From: an uncultured Verrucomicrobiae bacterium
GTDB lineage: Bacteria; Verrucomicrobiota; Verrucomicrobiia; Chthoniobacterales; JAATET01
Direction of reading: 5' to 3'
Length of the DNA: 64,000 nt
Assembly (NCBI GenBank): GCA_963719495.1
Contig: CAVRCI010000013.1
Span: 192,001-256,000 of the forward strand
This document shows, piece after piece, positions 58,706 to 64,000 of this stretch. The notes beneath the pieces are model-generated. The model did not search any database. It saw only the letters and a program-made list of their open reading frames with translations, and had not been told where the DNA came from. Both the position numbers and the translations under genes were made by a program. Positions within the stretch are counted from its first letter, which is position 1. The number at the start of each line of letters is the position of its first letter.

Positions 58706-58814
58706 AGAAGTCGAGCGGCGGCACCCGGCCAATCCGCGGATCAGACCAGCACCGTGTCAAAGAGTGGAAAATCCGCTGAGGGGGCACGAAATGTCCGGAA
58801 AGCGAGAGAAAAAC

Positions 58815-58888
58815 TGCACCGGGCGGGGGTCGAACCCACAACCTCTGCCTTCGGAGGGCAGCACTCTATCCAATTGAGCTACCGGTGC
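58815..58888 (-). tRNA. tRNA-Arg(CCG)
   Basis: GCACCGG acceptor stem; anticodon arm CTGCC CTCCGAA GGCAG; GGTTCGA T-loop. Confidence 0.95.
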
Positions 58889-59004
58889 GCTGAACTGCCG
58901 AATATCCCCAACGTCGACCCCGATTGCAAGTCCCACCTCGAGGTTTCCGCCTCGACTTTGCCCCCCACCGCCGACGAAATCTGCCAACCGCCCCGCTTTC
59001 CAAA

Positions 59005-59032
59005 TTGACACCGCCGAGCAAACCGCTACTCT
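59005..59032 (+). promoter_or_regulatory. sigma70-type promoter of tRNA-Arg(ACG)/rnc
   Basis: TTGACA-N16-TACTCT about 17 bp upstream of the tRNA. Confidence 0.55.
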
Positions 59033-59049
59033 CCACGGTTCCTGTCATT

Positions 59050-59123
59050 GCAGCTGTAGCTCAATTGGATAGAGCACCTGACTACGGATCAGGAGGTTCG
59101 GGGTTCGAATCCCTGCAGCTGCA
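59050..59123 (+). tRNA. tRNA-Arg(ACG)
   Basis: GCAGCTG/CAGCTGC acceptor stem; CCTGA CTACGGA TCAGG; GGTTCGAATCC. Confidence 0.96.
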
Positions 59124-59217
59124 CGACCGGGACTCATCCACGCGCAACGCGTGATCGTCCGGACAGGGTTATCCGGACTCCATGGCACTCGAGGCGCAAC
59201 AAATCCCGCGTTCGCTG

Positions 59218-59997
59218 ATGAATCCGCTCGAAGAGCGGATCGGCTACAAATTTCGCAACTCGCTCCTGCTCGCGGAAGCCCTCACGCACGCCAGCATCTC
59301 GCTCGAACGCAAGAACTACCCGTTTGACAACCAGCGGCTGGAATTCCTCGGCGACGCCGTCCTCCAGCTCGTCGTCACCGAGCACCTTTACCAGATGTTC
59401 CCCGACTTCCCCGAAGGCCAGCTCACCAAGCTCCGCACCCGCATCGTCTCCCGCAACGGCCTCAAAATCCACGGAGCCGAAGTCGGCCTCGGCGGCCACC
59501 TCATGATGGGACGCGGCGAGGATGCCAGCGGCGGCCGCATCCGCCCCTCGACTCTCGCCGACGCCTTCGAGGCCCTCATCGGCGCCATGTATCTCGATGG
59601 TGGCTACGACGTCGTCCGCGATTTTCTCCTTCGCGAAGCCGCCGCCGAATTCGCGGAAATGAAGTCCCAGCCCGAGGAAATCAACCCCAAAGGCCGCCTC
59701 CAGGAAATCCTCCAAGCCATCTCCCCCAGCGCGCCGCACTACGAGGTCCTCGCCCAGACCGGACCCGAGCATCAGAAGCAATTCGACTGCCGCGTCGTCT
59801 GGAACGACCTCGTTCTCGCGACCGGCTCCGGTCGCAGCAAAAAACAGGCCGAGGTCGAAGCCGCCACCCTCGCTCTGGAATCGAGAAAGTGGATCCCCGC
59901 CGCGAAACCCGTCGCCCAGCCAAAACCAAAAAAGTCGCGTCAGTCGAAAAATCCGGCTCGACCTACCCCCAGCCAACCGCTGGAAGTGTCGCCATGA
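59218..59997 (+). CDS. rnc: ribonuclease III
   Basis: ALTHAS, NQRLEFLGDAVL, LADAFEALIGA, C-terminal dsRBD (NPKGRLQE, GSGRSKKQAE); alternative start 59182. Confidence 0.97.
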   Translation: MNPLEERIGYKFRNSLLLAEALTHASISLERKNYPFDNQRLEFLGDAVLQLVVTEHLYQMFPDFPEGQLTKLRTRIVSRNGLKIHGAEVGLGGHLMMGRGEDASGGRIRPSTLADAFEALIGAMYLDGGYDVVRDFLLREAAAEFAEMKSQPEEINPKGRLQEILQAISPSAPHYEVLAQTGPEHQKQFDCRVVWNDLVLATGSGRSKKQAEVEAATLALESRKWIPAAKPVAQPKPKKSRQSKNPARPTPSQPLEVSP

Positions 59998-60548
59998 TCT
60001 ACCCCTTTTCGCTCGCTTTCGTCGGCATCGTCGTGGGCCTGCTCCTCATCGGATCACACGTCTTCGCCCTCACATCGCCCGACATCGTTCGCCCTTTCCT
60101 GAAAACGTTCCCGCGCTCCCGTGCGGCCGGCACCGTCCTGCTCGCGATCGCGGCCATCTGGTCCTTCTGGCTCGTCAGCACGATGGACCTCGGCGAGTTC
60201 GCCCGTCTCCGGCGATTCCTCGTCATCGCCGTCCCCGTCGGTGCCGTCCTGACTTGGATGTTCGTCGACGAATTCCTCGCCGTCCGCAGCCTCGGCATCC
60301 TCGCCCTCCTCGCCGCCGGCCCCGTCCTCGAGGCCGCCTTCCTCCGCCCCGAGTTCACCCGCCTCCTCATCGTCAGTCTCGCCTACCTCTGGATCTTCAC
60401 CGGCCTCTTCCTCGTCGGCATGCCCTTTCTTCTCCGAGACCTCCTGGCGTGGCTCCTCCCCAGCGCCAAACTCTTCCGCCAAGTCAGCTGGGCCGGCGTC
60501 ATCTACGGAGCCACCATCCTCCTCTGCGCCCTGACTCTCTGGCATTGA
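59994..60548 (+). CDS. hypothetical integral membrane protein
   Basis: ATGA overlap with rnc; 5-6 TM segments; DEFLAVRSLG motif. Confidence 0.75.
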   Translation: MIYPFSLAFVGIVVGLLLIGSHVFALTSPDIVRPFLKTFPRSRAAGTVLLAIAAIWSFWLVSTMDLGEFARLRRFLVIAVPVGAVLTWMFVDEFLAVRSLGILALLAAGPVLEAAFLRPEFTRLLIVSLAYLWIFTGLFLVGMPFLLRDLLAWLLPSAKLFRQVSWAGVIYGATILLCALTLWH

Positions 60549-60552
60549 CGCG

Positions 60553-60629
60553 GGGGAACGCACGCGTCCCGCGTGCGAGAGGCACCGTCCCGGTGCCTCA
60601 CCCGGCAAATCGAGCGAAGCGAGAGAGCC
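60553..60629 (+). repeat. dispersed double-hairpin repeat, copy 3 of 3
   Basis: Same family as 42248-42325; followed by a GGAGCGGCGATT..AATCGCCGAACCAA REP-like copy. Confidence 0.85.
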
Positions 60630-60909
60630 GAACTTCCAGGAGCGGCGATTCGTAATCGCCGAACCAACCCAAAGCGCACAGCGCTCCAACTCCCCAACGA
60701 AACCCGCGGACCACCCAACGAAACCCGCGGGCGCGATGAAGGCTGAGAAAGAAAATCAGACAGGATTTAGAGCAATCTCGAAGGCAATGGCGACCTCAGC
60801 AAGAACGGACAAAATGGAGCGGAGACGTCTCGTTCTCGTGTTTGGATCAGGAGGGCACCCTCCCCCCGCTTGCCGGATCAAATCGTCCAAGCAAGTTGAA
60901 AGTGCTCTA

Positions 60910-62123
60910 GTATCCTGTAACGACTAAAGCTGCGGATATAACCGTCTCAATTTGACCCGCGCGTCGGCGGTGGTGAAGCGCCACGAAGTGGTGCGGGCGG
61001 CTTCGTTCCGGGCGGCCTCCCAAGCCGCGACTTCCGAGCGCAGCGTTTCAATGTTAGGAATGCGACGATTCAGGCATTGGGACTGAAGGACACTGAACTC
61101 GATCTCGGCGACATTGAGCCAACTGCCATGTTTTGGGGTGTAGTGGATCTCAAGGCGTTGGGCCAGTCGGCGAGCTTCCTGGGGAGGGAAGGCTTCGTAG
61201 AGCGAAGCGATGTTGTGCGTATTGAGGTTGTCCATGACCAAGCGCACCTTGGTCGCGTGGGGATAGCGTTCGTCGAGCATGCTGCGAATGAACTGAGCCC
61301 ATTGGATGCGGGTGCGGCGCTCGGTGATTTCCAGATGTCTGCGTCCGCCCAGCGGCTCGACTTCGAGGAAGATTTCGGCCACGCCGTTGCGGACGTATTC
61401 GTGGTCTTCGATCCGCGCCCTGCCGGGAGCGCTGGCGATGGGCGCGTGGACTTCGCCAACGAGTTGCTTGCTCGACTCATCCATACAGACGAGGGGGAAG
61501 CGCGCATCGTAGGGTGCGTGATAGAGTTCGAGAACGTCCTCCATGCAAGCAACGAAAGCGGCGCTGCCGTCTGGAGGGATCTTCCAATATTTGCTCAGAT
61601 GAGGGCGTAATTCGTTTTTTTTAGAGACCGCTGAATGGTCATCGTCGAAACGCTGGGGGCAATCTTGAGTTCCACGACTTTGTCGGCGAGAAGACGGACG
61701 GTCCACCGGGCGCGTCCATCGGGAGGATCGGAGCACGCCAAGGCGGTCACCCTCGCGTCAAAGGCTCCATCGAAGGTAATCCTCGGAGGACCGGTTCTCG
61801 GCTTGCGTCCAAGCGCTGCCTCCAACCCATCCTCCACGAAGCGCTCCTTGATGTGTTCGACGGTGCGAACGCCGATCCCCAGAGCACTGGCGACATCCGC
61901 CACCCTCCACACTGTTCTACCTGGCGCGTGCTCGCCAACGTCGCAAAGTAAAAGTGTTCGAGCATGCACATATCGCCTGGCGTCGGTTTTGGAAGTCCGG
62001 CCCAGCGCGCTCAAATACTCACGTTCGGACTCGGTTAAAGTGATGCGGTATCGATTTGCCATCCACCCACATACCGCTCCGATGAGCGCGACTCAATACG
62101 CAATATAGCGCGTTACAGGATAC
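60910..62123 (-). mobile_element. IS630-family insertion sequence
   Basis: Terminal IR GTATCCTGTAACG/CGTTACAGGATAC, inserted in CTAG with TA duplication (60908-9, 62124-5). Confidence 0.93.
60924..62062 (-). CDS. IS630 transposase in two frames (orfA 61595-62062 HTH; orfB DDE ending 60924) joined by a -1 frameshift
   Basis: HTH RWTVRLLA; CMDES, VMDNLNTH, YTPKHGSWLNVAEIE; A8 run at 61615-61622 at the frame junction. Confidence 0.88.
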
Positions 62124-62229
62124 TAGCGCCCGTCTGATCTTCAAACCATATCGTCTCCCGAGGCCGAGGCTCCCACCGAGCCGTTACCTTTCGAGCGAAC
62201 CTCACGCGCTTCCGCCCGCTCCAGACGCG

Positions 62230-62260
62230 AAAAGACCCACTCCGAAACCGGAGCGGGCCT
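62230..62260 (-). terminator. terminator after the RRM gene
   Basis: Minus strand AGGCCCGCTCCGG-TTT-CGGAGTGGGTCTTTT. Confidence 0.7.
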
Positions 62261-62285
62261 TCCCGATTAAATCGAAGTCGCTGGA

Positions 62286-62651
62286 TTAGTAACGGCCGCC
62301 ACGGTCGCCACCACGGCCACCACGATCCCGGTCGCCGCCGCGACCACCGCCGCCGCCTCCGCCACCCTTGTAGCCGCCACCGCCGCCGCCCGGAGGACGG
62401 TCCTCGCGGGGACGAGCCTCGCTCACGCGAAGGGGACGTCCGTCCATGTCTTCGCCGTCGAGCTTCTCGACCGCGGCTCCCGCCTCGGCGTCGGAGCCCA
62501 TGGTGATGAAGCCAAAACCGCGCGAGCGGCCGGTTTCACGATCGGTGACGATCTGCACGGAAGAGACCGTGCCGCATTGTTGAAAGATTTCTTCCAGCTC
62601 GGACTCGGTGGTCTGATAGGAAAGGTTTGCTACGTAAAGTCGGTTGCCCAT
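62286..62651 (-). CDS. RRM RNA-binding protein with Gly/Arg-rich tail
   Basis: RNP2 LYVANL, RNP1 RGFGFITM, DRETGRS, RGG tail. Confidence 0.95.
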   Translation of the reverse strand: MGNRLYVANLSYQTTESELEEIFQQCGTVSSVQIVTDRETGRSRGFGFITMGSDAEAGAAVEKLDGEDMDGRPLRVSEARPREDRPPGGGGGGYKGGGGGGGGRGGDRDRGGRGGDRGGRY

Positions 62652-62881
62652 TGCTGAATAAGTGATGTGTGTTTGTGTTCGGTCCCGATCGCTCGGGCTT
62701 CACATCGGTTGATTCATTCAACGGTGACGGTCGGCCTGGGAACTGGAGTTGAGGGTTGGAGATAGTGAGGATTCGATCTGATTGCAATAGAAAAATCGCG
62801 CTCTTCGGAATGAATTTCGCTTCCGCCGGTCAACACACCAGGATTGATCCGCCACCAACTCCCGATCATCCTCCACCGCCC

Positions 62882-63679
62882 ATGCCGGATCCCACCGCCA
62901 CCGCCTTCCTCCTGCGAGGCGACCAATTCGAACCCACCACCGGGATTCCGCCGACGGATCGCGGCTTCCGCTACGGCATGTCGGTCTTCGAAACCATCGC
63001 GATCCACCGGGGCAAGCCGCTCTTCCTGGAGGCACATTTCGAACGCTTCGAACGGTCCGCGGCTTCGTTCGCACCGGACCCAGTCTGGCGCGAGGCCGCG
63101 GCCCAGCTGCTCGCCAGCCCACCCGCCACCGAGGGCGTCATCCGCCTCTACATCACCGCGGGTAACGGATTTCCCAGCGATCCAATCACCGCCCCCCGCA
63201 TCCTCGCGCTGGCCGAAACCCAATCCCTCGAACCCGGCCCACCCACCACCTGCCGCACGATCGCCTTCGATCCCCAACCCCTCCCCGCTGTCAAAACGGG
63301 AAACTACTGGCCGCACATCGCCGCCCTCCAGCGAGCCCGCCTCGCCGGAGCCGACGAGGCCATCCTCACCACCCGCGAAGGACGTATGATCTCCGCCAGC
63401 ATGGGCAACGTCTTCTTCATCACCAACGACACCCTCGTCACGCCGCCGCTCGCCGACGGCCCGCGCGATGGGGTGGTCCGTGCCTGGATCTCCGAAAAAT
63501 TCCCCACCGCCGAACGAACGATCACCCGCGCCGACCTCCCCACCCTCGATGCCGCCTTCATCACGAACAGCCGCGTCGGCATCCGCGAGATCGCCCGCAT
63601 CGACGACCGCCCCTTCCCCCCGTTGCCCCTCGTCGCCCGAATCGCCGCAACCTACCGCTCCGAGATCCTCCGTGCGTAA
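62882..63679 (+). CDS. class IV aminotransferase (PabC/IlvE-like)
   Basis: DRGFRYGMSVFET, H..RF..SA, KTGNY, GNVFF, TPPL....GVVR, FITNS. Confidence 0.88.
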   Translation: MPDPTATAFLLRGDQFEPTTGIPPTDRGFRYGMSVFETIAIHRGKPLFLEAHFERFERSAASFAPDPVWREAAAQLLASPPATEGVIRLYITAGNGFPSDPITAPRILALAETQSLEPGPPTTCRTIAFDPQPLPAVKTGNYWPHIAALQRARLAGADEAILTTREGRMISASMGNVFFITNDTLVTPPLADGPRDGVVRAWISEKFPTAERTITRADLPTLDAAFITNSRVGIREIARIDDRPFPPLPLVARIAATYRSEILRA

Positions 63680-64000
63680 AGAAACCACCGACCCCCTTGC
63701 CGCCATCGACGCCGCTCTCGGATCGAAAATCGAAAATCGAGAATCGAGAATCGGCCAAGTCGTCCCCGCGGCCCAACCCGCCGTCGCCGCCGTCCTCATC
63801 CGCCGCCACCCGAAGACCACCGTCTGGATCGTCTGCCCCGACGCCCGACGTCAGGAGGAAGTCGCCGCCGACTTCCTCGCCTGGGGCGCCGACCCGGTCC
63901 TCTTCCCCGAACTCGAACAAATCACCGACACCGAAGGCCTCGCCGACCCCGAAATTCTCTCCGAGCGCCTCGAAATCCTCGGCCGCCTCGCCACCGGCGA
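63672..64000 (+). CDS. mfd: 5' end of transcription-repair coupling factor (partial)
   Basis: GTG overlapping the upstream stop; WIVCPD...QEE...LFPELE......DPEILSERLEIL resembles the Mfd N-terminus; open to the window edge. Confidence 0.65.
   Translation, partial: MRKETTDPLAAIDAALGSKIENRESRIGQVVPAAQPAVAAVLIRRHPKTTVWIVCPDARRQEEVAADFLAWGADPVLFPELEQITDTEGLADPEILSERLEILGRLATG

Noticed and set aside
60693..60730. CCCAACGAAACCCGCGG twice with a 21-bp period
   Set aside because: Only two copies with a 4-bp spacer; not CRISPR, no associated regulator, probably a local duplication

Overview
GC-rich bacterial chromosome window. PEP-CTERM proteins, an H-X9-DG-type prepilin-like protein and bactofilins suggest a Verrucomicrobiota (Chthoniobacterales-like) host; this is inference. 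Most of it is housekeeping (glmS, glgC, lpdA, lgt, ilvB, can, cysK, asd, ychF, rnc, 5' end of mfd, three tRNAs), plus two intact-looking IS elements (IS481 and IS630 families) and many intergenic REP-like palindromes and heptamer repeats. Three loci stand out. (1) A short cobalamin-type riboswitch heads a translationally coupled 3-gene operon (PEP-CTERM surface protein, prepilin-like protein, DUF6580-like membrane protein), a candidate undescribed B12 capture/uptake module. (2) A 1172-aa secreted AA10 LPMO-CBM2-CBM2-GH9-CBM3c fusion with only one cysteine lies divergent from a LytS/LytTR pair, with 21-bp-period direct repeats in the shared intergenic region. (3) An operon couples an Omp85 TpsB/ShlB transporter with DUF2341/LamG-ExbB, ExbD and TonB, headed by PEP-CTERM and PstS-like genes. 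All family assignments come from motif recognition by eye; no database searches were run.
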